A stretch of 63,324 nt of DNA, filler included. It is 4 parts of 4 records of this genome, joined end to end, with 100 filler letters (N's around TTAATTAATTAA, not from the genome) between each part and the next. Parts side by side here need not be neighbours in the genome. Positions count along the whole stretch, not along the records: positions 1 to 21,959 come from DRR723986_7493; positions 22,060 to 34,200 come from DRR723986_7527; 2 more parts are not named here. The stretch is one strand, 5' to 3'. The translations under genes were made by a program, and so were the position numbers. Positions 18,381-29,176 of the stretch are shown one piece after another. Each line of letters opens with the position of its first letter. Position 1 is the stretch's first letter. Below the pieces are notes generated by a model that was not told the origin of the DNA, did not search any database, and saw only the letters and a list, made by a program, of their open reading frames with translations.

Positions 18381-19147
18381 GAACCCTCAAGCTCTCCAAC
18401 CTGTCCAAACGCTTCGGCGGGGTCGTCGCCTCGGAGGATGTCAATATCGAGGTGCCTGCCGGACAGATCACTGGTTTGATTGGCCCCAATGGCGCGGGCA
18501 AGACCACGATTGTGAACATGATCACAGGCATGCTGCCTGTCAGCGGCGGGACCATCCATGTGGGCGATACGGACATCACCCATGCACCGGCCCATGAGAT
18601 TTGCCGGGCCGGGTTGGCGCGGACCTTCCAGAACATCCGCCTGCTGGGCGAGGCCAGCGTTCTGGACAACGTGATGATCGGCTTTCACCGGCATGAAACC
18701 GCCTCCACCTTCGCTGCGCTGCTCGGTTTGCCAGCCTCGGCAAAGGAAACAGCGGCCCTGCGCGAAAAGGCGGCTGGCCTGCTGACCGAATTCGGGCTCG
18801 ACGATCTGGCCGACTTTCCCGTGTCGGGCCTGTCTTACGGTCACCAACGAAAAGTGGAGATGGCCCGCGCAATTGCTTCGGATCCTGAATTCATCCTGCT
18901 GGATGAGCCAATCGCGGGCATGAACGATGTGGAAAGTGATGCACTGGCCGAGATTTTCACCGGCCTTGCAGCGCAGGGGAAAGGCGCGTTGTTGATTGAA
19001 CACAACGTGAGGTTTGTCAGCCGGCTTTGTCACAAGGTCTATGTGCTGGATGGCGGACGCCTGATTGCCGAAGGCAAACCCGCAGACGTGTTGAAAGATC
19101 CCGCTGTGATCTCGGCCTATCTTGGAGGCGCCCATGCTGAAGATTGA
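18377..19147 (+). CDS. ABC ATP-binding protein (LivG-like)
   Basis: GPNGAGKTT, RTFQNIRL, LSYG, LLDEP, IEH, SAYLG. Confidence 0.93.
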   Translation: MRTLKLSNLSKRFGGVVASEDVNIEVPAGQITGLIGPNGAGKTTIVNMITGMLPVSGGTIHVGDTDITHAPAHEICRAGLARTFQNIRLLGEASVLDNVMIGFHRHETASTFAALLGLPASAKETAALREKAAGLLTEFGLDDLADFPVSGLSYGHQRKVEMARAIASDPEFILLDEPIAGMNDVESDALAEIFTGLAAQGKGALLIEHNVRFVSRLCHKVYVLDGGRLIAEGKPADVLKDPAVISAYLGGAHAED

Positions 19148-19835
19148 AGATCTGCGGGTCAATTACAGCGGGATCCAAGCCCTGCGCGGGGTGTCTCTCG
19201 AAGTGGGTGCAGGCGAAACCGTTGCGCTGATCGGGGCCAATGGCGCGGGAAAATCCAGTTTGCTGAACGCGCTGTCAGGGCTTGTCGCAATCGATACCGG
19301 CAAGATCAGCCTTGCTGGGCAGGATCTCACCGGGGCCGCGCCGTGGAAAGTGACCGGCGCAGGTATGTTGCAAGTGCCGGAAGGACGGCAGGTCTTTCCG
19401 GAAATGACAGTGCAGGAAAATCTTCTCGTTGGGCAAAACGCTCTTGCGGGCCGCTCCCCCGACTTTGGCCAGGAACAGGTATTCGATCTCTTCCCCATCT
19501 TGAAGGAACGCCAGAACCAACATGCAGGATCGCTTTCAGGCGGACAGCAACAGATGCTGGTCATCGGCCGCGCTTTGATGGGCGGGCCCAAAGTGCTGCT
19601 TCTGGATGAACCCAGCTTGGGTCTCGCCCCTGTCATTATTTCACAAGTCTTTGACGCGCTTGCCGCGCTCAAACAGCAAGGACTCACCATTCTTTTGGTC
19701 GAACAGAATGCCCATCTCGCGCTGGCCAGCTCGGACAGGGCCTATGTGCTGGATCAAGGTAATATCGTCAGATCCGGCAACAGCACCGATCTGGCAAAAG
19801 ATCCGGAGGTCGCTGCACTTTATCTTGGGCAATGA
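19134..19835 (+). CDS. ABC ATP-binding protein (LivF-like)
   Basis: GANGAGKS, VPEGRQVF, LSGGQQQML, LDEPSLGLAP, VEQN. Confidence 0.93.
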   Translation: MLKIEDLRVNYSGIQALRGVSLEVGAGETVALIGANGAGKSSLLNALSGLVAIDTGKISLAGQDLTGAAPWKVTGAGMLQVPEGRQVFPEMTVQENLLVGQNALAGRSPDFGQEQVFDLFPILKERQNQHAGSLSGGQQQMLVIGRALMGGPKVLLLDEPSLGLAPVIISQVFDALAALKQQGLTILLVEQNAHLALASSDRAYVLDQGNIVRSGNSTDLAKDPEVAALYLGQ

Positions 19836-19867
19836 CCCGAAGAACAAAACACAACAGGGAGAAGACA

Positions 19868-20977
19868 ATGAAATACATCAACAAAATGACCGCAGTCAGC
19901 GCAATTGCGCTTGCTTCGGCAGCGTCAGCGGACGACGTCAAGGTCGGGGTGGTTGTATCTGAAACCGCCACCTATGCCTTTGTCGGTGTGCCGCTGGTCA
20001 ACGGAATGAAACTCGCCGCCGAGCAGATCAATGCCGGCGAAGGTTGGGGCGGGCACAACGTCGAGATTCTTTATGAAGATAACCGTTCGGACAAGCAGGA
20101 AGCGATTTCCCTGATCACCCGTATGGCTGAATCCGAAAACGCCGACATTGTGATCGGTCCCATCGCAACATCCGAAGCCATGGCAACAGGCCCGGTTGCA
20201 AACGACCTGAAGATCCCGATGTTCACCACGGCGACCTCTCCTGCGGTGCTGGAAATCGGGCCCTATATCTTTAAATCCACAGAAACGGCTGATGCCTATA
20301 TGGCCCCGGTCGCCGAACATGTGGCGAGCCTGAAGCCCAATGGCTGCTTCCTTGTCTCCATTCGTGACAACGAGGGCTATATCCGCCAGCGCAACGTGTT
20401 CCGTGGCATCATGGAAGCCAACGGTATCGAAATTCTCGCGGACCAGAGCATTCTGGCCGCCGACACGGATTTCACTGCGCTGTCGACCAAGATCGTATCT
20501 GCAGAACCCGATTGCCTCTTCGTGACAACGCCGCCCGAACAGGCCGCAAATATCATTATTCAAGCGCGCCAAGCCGGCCTTGATCCAGATACCATTCTGG
20601 CCGGGGATTCCGGTGCCGGGTCGAAAAAGTTGATCGACGCAGGTGGATCGGCAGTGGACGGGATGTTGTTCCCGGCCAGCTTTGTCTCCACCGGATCGGA
20701 CAGCGCCGCCGCCTTTGCAGCGGAGTACGAGGCGACCTATGGCACAGCGCCTGATCTGTGGGCGGCGACCGGCTATACGATGATGCAAACGGTCGCAAAC
20801 GCCATCCGCAATACTGGTGATGACGTCAATCGCGAAACCCTGCGCGACGCGATGGCCGCCACCAAGGATCTGCCGGTCGTGATGGGCCAAGGCAAGCTCA
20901 GCTTTGACGAAAACCGCATCCCGTCCATGGGCGGGATTGTTATGCAGTTGAAAGACGGGGAATGGGTCCAACCCTAA
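19868..20977 (+). CDS. ABC substrate-binding protein (LivK/Peripla_BP_6-like)
   Basis: Signal peptide, VKVG...LAAEQINA, ED, TDFTALSTKI. ATG after GGGAGA. Confidence 0.9.
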   Translation: MKYINKMTAVSAIALASAASADDVKVGVVVSETATYAFVGVPLVNGMKLAAEQINAGEGWGGHNVEILYEDNRSDKQEAISLITRMAESENADIVIGPIATSEAMATGPVANDLKIPMFTTATSPAVLEIGPYIFKSTETADAYMAPVAEHVASLKPNGCFLVSIRDNEGYIRQRNVFRGIMEANGIEILADQSILAADTDFTALSTKIVSAEPDCLFVTTPPEQAANIIIQARQAGLDPDTILAGDSGAGSKKLIDAGGSAVDGMLFPASFVSTGSDSAAAFAAEYEATYGTAPDLWAATGYTMMQTVANAIRNTGDDVNRETLRDAMAATKDLPVVMGQGKLSFDENRIPSMGGIVMQLKDGEWVQP

Positions 20978-20992
20978 TCTGTCAAACCAACG

Positions 20993-21026
20993 GGGCGCAT
21001 TGCCGGCATGGCCATGCGCCCTTTTT
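20993..21026 (+). terminator. Rho-independent terminator-like hairpin
   Basis: GGGCGCAT...ATGCGCCC followed by TTTTT. Confidence 0.65.
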
Positions 21027-21044
21027 CAATAGGGCGATACCGTC

Positions 21045-21824
21045 ATGGATTTGGGTATTTCAGGTAAAACAGCGATCGTATGTGGATCAAGCCAGGGGCT
21101 TGGACATGCTTGCGCGATTGCCTTGGCCGAAGCCGGTGTGAACGTTGTCATCAACGGCCGCGACGCGGCCAAGCTGGATGCCGCCGCCGCCGCAATAGAG
21201 GCCGATGCCGAGGGCCGCGTGACACCTGTCGCGGCCGATATCTGCACCGAAGAGGGCCAGGAGGCCCTTTTAAAGGCCTGCCCTGCCCCCGATATTCTGA
21301 TCAACAACAATGGTGGCCCGCCCTTTACCGCGCTGGCCGATCTTGACCGCGATGCCATCCGCCGCGGGCTTGAAATGAACATGGTCACCCCGATCACCCT
21401 GATCCAGAAGGTGATCGACGGCATGGTCGAGCGTGGATTCGGCCGTATCGTCAATATCACTTCGGTGACCGTGAAAATGCCGGTTGCGGGGCTGGACCTG
21501 TCCAGCGGCGCACGTGCCGGGCTGACGGGTTTCGTCGCCGGTGTTGCCCGTTCCTTGGCGCATCGCAATGTCACGATCAACCAATTGCTGCCGGGCTATT
21601 TCGATACCGAACGCCTGCGCCAGGGTTTTGATGCCAGCGCCTCCAAGGCGGGCACAACGCCGGAGCAGGCCGCGCAGCAATGGCAACAACAGGTCCCCGC
21701 CGCACGTTTCGGCAGGCCGCGTGAGTTTGCGCAAACCTGCGCATTCCTATGTTCTGCGGATGCAGGATATCTTACCGGTCAGAACATACTGATCGACGGA
21801 GGCCTGCACCGCGCGGCTTTCTGA
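21045..21824 (+). CDS. Atypical SDR (FabG-like, lacks YxxxK)
   Basis: GSSQGLG, NNNGGPP, SSGAR at the YxxxK position, GQNILIDGG. Confidence 0.85.
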   Translation: MDLGISGKTAIVCGSSQGLGHACAIALAEAGVNVVINGRDAAKLDAAAAAIEADAEGRVTPVAADICTEEGQEALLKACPAPDILINNNGGPPFTALADLDRDAIRRGLEMNMVTPITLIQKVIDGMVERGFGRIVNITSVTVKMPVAGLDLSSGARAGLTGFVAGVARSLAHRNVTINQLLPGYFDTERLRQGFDASASKAGTTPEQAAQQWQQQVPAARFGRPREFAQTCAFLCSADAGYLTGQNILIDGGLHRAAF

Positions 21825-21863
21825 TCCCGTCTTTTTCCTATCTTTCAAATTTCCGAGGGTACA

Positions 21864-21959
21864 ATGGTCAAAATCACCTATGTAGAATTTAACGGGCAAG
21901 AACACGTGGTCGACGTGCCCGAAGGCAATACCGTCATGGAAGGCGCACGCGACAACAAC
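21864..21959 (+). CDS. 2Fe-2S ferredoxin (putidaredoxin/adrenodoxin type), N-terminal part at contig end; missing from the ORF track
   Basis: Hand translation: MVKITYVEFNGQEHVVDVPEGNTVMEGARDNN. Confidence 0.8.
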
Positions 21960-22059
21960 NNNNNNNNNNNNNNNNNNNNNNNNNNNNNNNNNNNNNNNNN
22001 NNNTTAATTAATTAANNNNNNNNNNNNNNNNNNNNNNNNNNNNNNNNNNNNNNNNNNNN
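21960..22059. other. Artificial contig spacer
   Basis: 44 N + TTAATTAATTAA (stops in six frames) + 44 N. Confidence 0.99.
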
Positions 22060-22662
22060 GCGCACGATGCAGCCCTCGACCACCTCGGAACGGGCGCCGA
22101 TAAAGCAATTATCCTCGATAATGGTGGGGCCTGCCTGCATGGGTTCCAGCACGCCGCCGATGCCCACACCGCCAGACAGGTGCACGTTCTTGCCAATTTG
22201 CGCGCACGAGCCGACAGTGGCCCATGTATCGACCATGGTGCCCTCGTCCACATAGGCGCCCAGGTTTACAAACGAGGGCATCAGCACCACGCCCTTGGCG
22301 ATATAGGCCGATTTGCGCACTACGGCATTGGGCACCGCGCGAAAGCCTGCGGCGCTGAATTCCTCTGCGCCCCAGCCTTTGAATTTGCTGTCTACCTTAT
22401 CCCACCAGCTGTGGCCCTGGGGCCCACCTGCCTGCAGCTCCATATCTTTCAGGCGAAAGCCCAGCAGCACGGCCTTTTTGGCCCATTGGTTTACGTGCCA
22501 TTCACCGCTGTCGCGGCGTTCGGCCACGCGCAATGTGCCGCTGTCTAGGGCGGCCAGCGTTGCCTCGATGGCGTCGCGGGTATCGCCCTGGGTGGCGGGG
22601 GTGATGGTATCGCGCGCATCCCATGCGGCTTCGATCGTGGCTTCCAGCTGTGCGTTAGACAT
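22060..22662 (-). CDS. dapD: Tetrahydrodipicolinate N-succinyltransferase, 3'-truncated
   Basis: [55 protein letters not shown]. Confidence 0.97.
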
Positions 22663-22746
22663 GGATTTCTCCCTGATGTGCGAAAAGATGGTTTGGTGCG
22701 CTATAGCAGGCTGTGGCGCAGGTGCAATCTGTGGGGCGGCTTAAGC

Positions 22747-23187
22747 TTAAGCGCCCAGCAGGCTTGCCAGCCGCCGCATGGCCAGCAAATAGCCCTCGGT
22801 GCCGCAGCCGGCAATAACGCCATCGGCACGCCCCGACACGAAAGAGTGGTGGCGAAACGTTTCGCGCTTGTGAATGTTGGAGATATGCACCTCGATCACC
22901 GGGCCCGCAAACATCGTAAGCGCATCCAATATCGCCACAGATGTATGGGTGTAGGCGGCCGGGTTGATCACAATGCCATCGGCCGTGCCGCGGGCCTGCT
23001 GCACCCAGTCAACCAGCTGGCCTTCGTGGTTGGATTGGCGAAAATCTACACTGATACCCAGATCTGCGGCCAAAGCCGTGCAGCGCGCCTGCACATCATC
23101 CAGGGTTTCATGGCCGTAGACATCGGGTTCGCGTGTGCCCAGCAAATTCAGGTTTGGGCCATTCAGGATAAGCAGTGTTTTGGTCAT
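22747..23187 (-). CDS. aroQ: Type II 3-dehydroquinate dehydratase
   Basis: [48 protein letters not shown]. Confidence 0.97.
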   Translation of the reverse strand: MTKTLLILNGPNLNLLGTREPDVYGHETLDDVQARCTALAADLGISVDFRQSNHEGQLVDWVQQARGTADGIVINPAAYTHTSVAILDALTMFAGPVIEVHISNIHKRETFRHHSFVSGRADGVIAGCGTEGYLLAMRRLASLLGA

Positions 23188-23250
23188 AGCGCCTACTTTG
23201 CAAATTTGGCCGCAGTATCGGCATTTGCGCAGCCCCTGTCGAGGGCTGGC

Positions 23251-25863
23251 TTAAAGGCGGGCGGAAATGGCGGCTTGGGTGTGTTGCCAAATATCGGCCA
23301 GGCCCTGCAATTCGGCCTGAAACTGCGCCAGCGCGCCGGTTTTTCCCAGCTGTTCCAGCTGCACCAGCTTGGCATGCAAGGCCAAGGCCCCCATGGCCCC
23401 GGCCGAGCCTGCCATTTTATGCAGCCGGCCAATCAGATCGGCCACATCCAACGTATCATGGGGGGCCTGTGACGCGGTGCTGACATGGGCGATGGTGGCG
23501 CTGGCCTCTTCTGCGAAACGGCCCAACAGCTTGCCGGCAATTTCGGGCCCAAGATCGTTGAGAAGCGCCTGAAACTGTGCCTCGTCCAGCAGGTTTTGGC
23601 CGCCGGCCTGCGCGCTTTTTTGCGGGGGCTCCGGTGGCGCTTTGGGCTGTGGGTGCAGGGCCTTTTCCGGGGTGTTGGTGCAGCATTGGGCCAGCTTTTG
23701 CATCAACTCGCCCCGCGAAATAGGCTTGCCGATCACCGCGTTCATGCCGGCTGCGAGAAAGGCTTTGATCTCTTCTGCCAGGGCGTGGGCGGTCACGGCC
23801 ACAATGGGGGTGGCGCGCGACAGGCCATCGCCTGCGCGAATGGCGCGGGTGGCGGCCAGCCCATCCATCACTGGCATGCTGATATCCATCATGATCACAT
23901 CGAAGCGGTGGGATTGGGCCAGTTGCACGCCTTGTTGGCCATCTTGGGCCTCGGTCACGCTGTGGCCCTCGGAACGCAAGATATCGCGCAGCACCACGCG
24001 GTTGATCTGGTTGTCCTCGACGATCAACACATCCAGGGGCGGCAGGTTTTCCACCATCTGCGTGGCCTCGTTTTCTGCCACCGGAATGGAGCTGCGCACC
24101 AGGGGCAGGCGCACCCAGAACACGCTGCCCACGTCTACGGTGCTTTCAACGCCGATCTCGCCCCCCATTGCACGTGTCAAGCGGCGCGAAATGCCCAGCC
24201 CCAGGCCGGTGCCTTGGGTGGCGCGGCCATAGGTGCCATCGACGGTTTCAAAATCGCCAAATATCTGTTCCAGATATTGTTCATCAATGCCGATGCCGGT
24301 GTCGATGACGCGAAATTCGATTTCTTCGCGATTGGCCTTTCCAAAGGTTTCGATTTCCAGCGTGACGGCGCCGTTTTTGGTGAATTTCAGCGCGTTACTA
24401 AGCAAATTCAGCAAAATCTGGCGCAGGCGCACAGGATCGCAAACGATGTAGGGCACGGGCTGTGACAGCCAGTGCACCTTTAAACTGTTGCCATTTGCCT
24501 GCGCTTGCGGCTCTTGGCCCTGGATGATTTCCTGCAGCATGTCATGCAGCGAAAACGGCGTGTTTGTAATGGCCACTTTGCCTGCTTCAAGCTTGGATAT
24601 TTCCAGCACGTCATTGACATGATGCATCAGCAATTTGCCCGATGCCTGCATGTTGCTGATATAGGCATGTTGCTGCTCTGACAGCGGGGTATCTTGCAGC
24701 AAGCCCAGCGTGCCCAACAGCCCATTCAGGGGGGTGCGCATTTCGTGGCTCATCACCGCCAAGAATTCGGCCTTGGCGCGCTCGCCGGCCAGCGCTTTGT
24801 CGCGCGCCTCGACCAGCGTCAGCTCGGTTGCGCGGCGTTCGGTGATGTCGCGGATGAAGGTTACGAAAATCGGCTCGTCTACGCCGCCGATTTGATCGAT
24901 CGAAAACTCGATCGGGAAAATTGCCCGGCTTTTGCGCATCGCGGTCATGCTTATGCGGCCCGCCCCGATAATGTCGGATTGGCCGTTCAGCATATAGTCG
25001 CGGATCGTGCTGAGAAATTTCTCGCGGTGCAGGGCGGGCACCATGAGATCTGTCATTTTGCCGCCGATCGCCTCGGCGCGTTGAAATTCAAACATCTGTT
25101 CGGCGGCGCTGTTGATGGCCAAAATGCGCCCCGTTGCGCTGAAAACCACCACCGCATCCAGCGAGGTTTCCAATATCGTGGTCAGGCGATTGGCGGTTTC
25201 GCGCATTTGGCGGGCGCGCTGTTGGGCCTGTAGCGACAGCAACAGCAGCGAGATGGTCAGGGCAGACAGCACCAAGACCATGCCAATCGATAATGCCCCC
25301 ATGCGCGATAATGTTGTGCTGAGGTTGGCATCGGCACGCGCCTCGCTGGCCAGGCGCCATGCCTTTGCTGCATCGCGCAGGGCGGTGGCATTGGCCTTTT
25401 GCGCCTGAATTTGCGCCAACAGCCCCGGTGTGGCCTGCGCGGTAAACGTGGCTGCCATGTCAGTATGCGCAGCCTTTAACGCCGCGGCCGGGCGCTGCAG
25501 CGCGGGTTGTGCCAGCGCTTCGGTATAATCGGGGGCGGTGTGCAGGTTTTCAAGAAAGGCGCTGTAGGTGTCAAACGCCTCTTGCAGCTTGGTGGGGCGC
25601 GGCCCCTGGCCCAGCTGCGCGCGCAGCGTTTCAACCTCTAGCTCTAGCAGGGCACTTTGCACCTTGGCGGCCAAAAGATGCACATCTTGCTGGCGGGTTT
25701 GGCGCAATGTTTCAACCTTGCGATCGATATAGATCGACAAAAGCGTGGCCGCAGCCAGCACAAACACCACGATCAGCAATATGGCAAAGGGGCGCCGTTT
25801 GCTGATGGTATCAGGCAGATCTGCGGAAAGATGAGACATTGGCACTGGCGGGATACAATTCAC
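23251..25863 (-). CDS. Hybrid sensor histidine kinase (2TM-PAS-HisKA-HATPase-REC-HPT); start may be 25839
   Basis: [50 protein letters not shown]. Confidence 0.93.
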   Translation of the reverse strand: MNCIPPVPMSHLSADLPDTISKRRPFAILLIVVFVLAAATLLSIYIDRKVETLRQTRQQDVHLLAAKVQSALLELEVETLRAQLGQGPRPTKLQEAFDTYSAFLENLHTAPDYTEALAQPALQRPAAALKAAHTDMAATFTAQATPGLLAQIQAQKANATALRDAAKAWRLASEARADANLSTTLSRMGALSIGMVLVLSALTISLLLLSLQAQQRARQMRETANRLTTILETSLDAVVVFSATGRILAINSAAEQMFEFQRAEAIGGKMTDLMVPALHREKFLSTIRDYMLNGQSDIIGAGRISMTAMRKSRAIFPIEFSIDQIGGVDEPIFVTFIRDITERRATELTLVEARDKALAGERAKAEFLAVMSHEMRTPLNGLLGTLGLLQDTPLSEQQHAYISNMQASGKLLMHHVNDVLEISKLEAGKVAITNTPFSLHDMLQEIIQGQEPQAQANGNSLKVHWLSQPVPYIVCDPVRLRQILLNLLSNALKFTKNGAVTLEIETFGKANREEIEFRVIDTGIGIDEQYLEQIFGDFETVDGTYGRATQGTGLGLGISRRLTRAMGGEIGVESTVDVGSVFWVRLPLVRSSIPVAENEATQMVENLPPLDVLIVEDNQINRVVLRDILRSEGHSVTEAQDGQQGVQLAQSHRFDVIMMDISMPVMDGLAATRAIRAGDGLSRATPIVAVTAHALAEEIKAFLAAGMNAVIGKPISRGELMQKLAQCCTNTPEKALHPQPKAPPEPPQKSAQAGGQNLLDEAQFQALLNDLGPEIAGKLLGRFAEEASATIAHVSTASQAPHDTLDVADLIGRLHKMAGSAGAMGALALHAKLVQLEQLGKTGALAQFQAELQGLADIWQHTQAAISARL

Positions 25864-26232
25864 ATAGTGTTAACGGTTTGCGCGATGGCTTGCAGGTGGT
25901 CGTGCTGTTCTATACCCCGGGTAGCACTGTGCCCAGCCTGTGTGCGGGAATGGGTGGGGCCCCACGCAGGGCACTTTTGAGCCTATAATATTACGAAAGT
26001 ATTTTGCATTGTATAAAAGGTATATGTGACTATCCAAAGGGATAGGAAATTTTGGGGCCTTGCGGGCATTTTTCCAAAAAAGGCTATGAAAAGACGGGAT
26101 TTTGCACTTACATTCATCAGAAGTGTTGGGCTACTTAACCTATGATGGCGAATTCACAGCCGACAGTATCAGAATTGTACTTTTGTATGGGTGTGCCTGT
26201 CTTGGTGCGCTGCCTTTAAGGCGAGAACGAAC

Positions 26233-26847
26233 ATGAAAATATTAATTGCCGACGATCACGACCTGTTGCGCGACACGCTGGTGATGTTTTTGGAAACCCA
26301 AGGCGATATCCAGACCACCTGCGCAAAAGACCTGCCCGAGGCGGTCAGCGCGCTGCAACAAGATGCCAGCTATGATTTGGTGCTGCTGGATTTCAACATG
26401 CCGGGCATGAACGGGCTGGATGGGCTGGAACATGTGCTGCGCACCTATCCGGGTGTGAAAGTGGCGCTGATGTCTGGCGTGGCCACGCGGGCGATTGCGG
26501 AAAAAGCCTTGGCGCAGGGGGCATCTGGATTTTTGCCCAAAACCCTGACGGCCAAATCCCTGGTCAATGCGGTGAAATTCATGGCCATGGGCGAACAATA
26601 TGCCCCCCTTGAATTCATGACCGCCGAGGAAGACGTGCCCGCCAATGAACTGGCCGAAAAACTGTCAAAGCGCGAATTGCAGGTGCTGCAGGGCCTGACC
26701 GAGGGCAAATCAAACAAGGAAATCGCCCGCGATCTGGATGTGCAGGAACCCACTGTGAAACTGCATATGAAAACGCTCTATCGCAAGATTGGTGCATCAA
26801 ACCGCACCCAAGCCGCGCTGTTGGCGCGTGATGCAGGGCTGTTTTAG
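26233..26847 (+). CDS. NarL/LuxR family response regulator
   Basis: MKILIADDH, LLDFNMPGMNG, LSKRE..VL...GKSNKEIARDL. Confidence 0.95.
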   Translation: MKILIADDHDLLRDTLVMFLETQGDIQTTCAKDLPEAVSALQQDASYDLVLLDFNMPGMNGLDGLEHVLRTYPGVKVALMSGVATRAIAEKALAQGASGFLPKTLTAKSLVNAVKFMAMGEQYAPLEFMTAEEDVPANELAEKLSKRELQVLQGLTEGKSNKEIARDLDVQEPTVKLHMKTLYRKIGASNRTQAALLARDAGLF

Positions 26848-26905
26848 GCGCCAGTGCCCCCATCACCCCCATTGACGTGGCAAATGGGGGTGCTACCACT
26901 GCGCT

Positions 26906-27835
26906 ATGGTCGAAATCTTCCTGAAAACACTGCCATTTTTTGCGCTGATCGGCCTGGGCTATGGGGCGGGCGTGACCCGATTTTTCACGCCCGAGGCCAC
27001 GGCCTGGCTGACCAAGTTTGTGTTTTACTTTGCGCTGTCTGCCATGCTGTTTCGCTTTTCCGCGAACCTGTCGTTCGCCGAAATTTTCGATCCGCGGTTT
27101 CTGGCGGCCTATCTGTGGGCCACGGCCTTTGTCTATGGCATCGCCACGGCGGTGGCGTTTATTCGCGGGCTCAGCGTGGAAGAAGCCGCGATCGAGGCGC
27201 AATGCGCGGTGATTGGCAATGTGGGGTTTTTGGGCATTCCCATGCTGGTGATGCTGCTGGGCGAGGGCGCGATCGTGCCCGTGATGCAGGTTTTGGCGGT
27301 AGATCTGATCGTCTTTGGATCGCTGATCGTGATTTTGATCACGGGCGGGCGCGATGGCCGGGTGCAATGGGCCATTTTGAAAACCGTGGGCCTGGGCCTG
27401 CTGAAAAACCCCATGATCGTCAGCATTTGTGTGGGCTTGGCCTGGTCGGCTGCGCAACTGCCCATTCCAGCGCCGCTGAATGATTTCATGGCCATCTTGG
27501 GGGCTGCCGCCACGCCTGGGGCGCTCTTTGCCATTGGCGCCTCGTTGGCCAGCAAATCAGCCGAGCGCGTCAGCGTGGCCTTATGGCTTAGCACTGCCAA
27601 GCTGGTGTTGCACCCTGCGGCCGTGGCGCTGTCGGCCTTGGTTTTGTTTCCCGTGGCGCCCTATGCCGCGGGTGTGATGATTGCGGCCGCGGCGCTGCCG
27701 GTGGCGGGAAATGTCTATATTCTGGCCCAGCATTACGGTGTTGCGCCGCAGCGTGTTTCGGCCTCGATCCTGATTTCGACCGCCTTTTCAATTGCCACGG
27801 TTTCGGCCGTAATCGCCTGGGTCAACACCATGTGA
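26906..27835 (+). CDS. AEC family transporter
   Basis: LPFFALIGLGY, GNVGFLGIP, KNPMI, ALPVAGNVY; about 10 TM segments. Confidence 0.9.
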   Translation: MVEIFLKTLPFFALIGLGYGAGVTRFFTPEATAWLTKFVFYFALSAMLFRFSANLSFAEIFDPRFLAAYLWATAFVYGIATAVAFIRGLSVEEAAIEAQCAVIGNVGFLGIPMLVMLLGEGAIVPVMQVLAVDLIVFGSLIVILITGGRDGRVQWAILKTVGLGLLKNPMIVSICVGLAWSAAQLPIPAPLNDFMAILGAAATPGALFAIGASLASKSAERVSVALWLSTAKLVLHPAAVALSALVLFPVAPYAAGVMIAAAALPVAGNVYILAQHYGVAPQRVSASILISTAFSIATVSAVIAWVNTM

Positions 27836-27896
27836 TCCTTGCCCCGCAGGGCTGGCTGGGCTAGCAAGGGGCAAGTTTCAATACCGGGGGTGCTGC

Positions 27897-28727
27897 ATGG
27901 AAACGATATCGGAAAACGCCTGTTTCGGGGGGGTGCAAGGCGTGTATCGGCACGCGTCGCAGGCCACGGGAACCGATATGACCTTTGGCCTGTTTCTGCC
28001 TGCCGAGGCCCAAGATGGCCCGGTGCCGGTGCTGTGGTATCTCTCAGGCCTGACCTGCACCCATGAAAACGCTATGGTAAAGGCCGGGGCGCAGGCCTGG
28101 GCGGCCGAGCAAGGCATCGCATTGATCTTTCCCGATACATCGCCCCGTGGCGCCGATGTGCCCGATGATGATGCCTATGATCTGGGCCAGGGCGCGGGGT
28201 TTTACGTAAACGCCACCCAAGCCCCTTGGGCAAACCATTTCAAGATGTGGGATTATATTGCCCACGACCTGCCCGCGCTGGTGTTTCAGCATTTTGCCCT
28301 GGATCCGCAGCGCCAATCGATCACCGGCCATTCCATGGGCGGGCATGGGGCGCTGACCCTTGCCATGGGGCTGCCGGGGCGGTTCCGCTCGGTTTCGGCT
28401 TTTGCGCCGATCTGCCACCCCAGCAATGGCGATTGGGGCCGCAAGCAGCTGGGCGCCTATCTGGGCCCCGACAGCGCCGCCTGGGCCAGCCACGATGCCA
28501 CGCTGATGATGCGCGATGTGGGGCTGGATGTGCCGCTATTGGTTGACACCGGCGCCAGCGATCAGTTCATCGATCTCTTGCAGCCCCAGGCACTGGCCCA
28601 GGCCGTGATGGCGCGCCGCCTGCCCGCTACCTTGCGGCTGCAAAAGGGCTATGACCACAGCTATTTCTTTGTATCTACCTTTATGGAAGACCATATCACC
28701 TTTCACGCCGAGGCGCTTTATTCTTGA
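27897..28727 (+). CDS. fghA: S-formylglutathione hydrolase
   Basis: [37 protein letters not shown]. Confidence 0.96.
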   Translation: METISENACFGGVQGVYRHASQATGTDMTFGLFLPAEAQDGPVPVLWYLSGLTCTHENAMVKAGAQAWAAEQGIALIFPDTSPRGADVPDDDAYDLGQGAGFYVNATQAPWANHFKMWDYIAHDLPALVFQHFALDPQRQSITGHSMGGHGALTLAMGLPGRFRSVSAFAPICHPSNGDWGRKQLGAYLGPDSAAWASHDATLMMRDVGLDVPLLVDTGASDQFIDLLQPQALAQAVMARRLPATLRLQKGYDHSYFFVSTFMEDHITFHAEALYS

Positions 28728-29176
28728 CCCTCTATGTCGATGCCGATGCCTGCCCAGTGAAAGCCGAGGCCGAACGCGTGGCGCAGCGGCATGGCGTGGC
28801 GATGAAACTGGTCAGCAATGGCGGCCTGCGCCCCTCGGCCAACCCATTGGTCGAGGTGGTGATCGTGCCCGAAGGCCCCGATGTGGCAGATATGTGGATT
28901 GCCCAGCGCGCAGGTGTGGGCGATGTGGTGATCACGGCCGATATTCCGCTGGCGGCGCGTTGCGTGGAAAATGGGGCGCGCGTGCTGAAACATGATGGTC
29001 AGGCCCTAAACGCGGCTAATATCGGCAATGTTCTGGCAACCCGCGATTTGATGGCCGATTTGCGCGCCGCAAACCCCTTTATGCAAGGCGGTGGGCGCGC
29101 CTTTTCCAAGGCCGATCGCAGCCGCTTTCTTGAGGCGCTCGAGCGTGAAATGCGCGCCGTGCGGGGGGCGAAATGA
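28724..29176 (+). CDS. YaiI/YqxD (UPF0178) family protein
   Basis: [24 protein letters not shown]. Confidence 0.92.
   Translation: MTLYVDADACPVKAEAERVAQRHGVAMKLVSNGGLRPSANPLVEVVIVPEGPDVADMWIAQRAGVGDVVITADIPLAARCVENGARVLKHDGQALNAANIGNVLATRDLMADLRAANPFMQGGGRAFSKADRSRFLEALEREMRAVRGAK

Noticed and set aside
22004-22015. TTAATTAATTAA palindrome (also 34245-34256 and 54879-54890) as a biological repeat or CtrA site
   Set aside because: It is centred in N-runs and is a six-frame stop linker added during concatenation.
25868-26142. TTAAC half-sites near the kinase/regulator promoters as CtrA boxes
   Set aside because: Only half-sites, with no TTAA-N7-TTAA.
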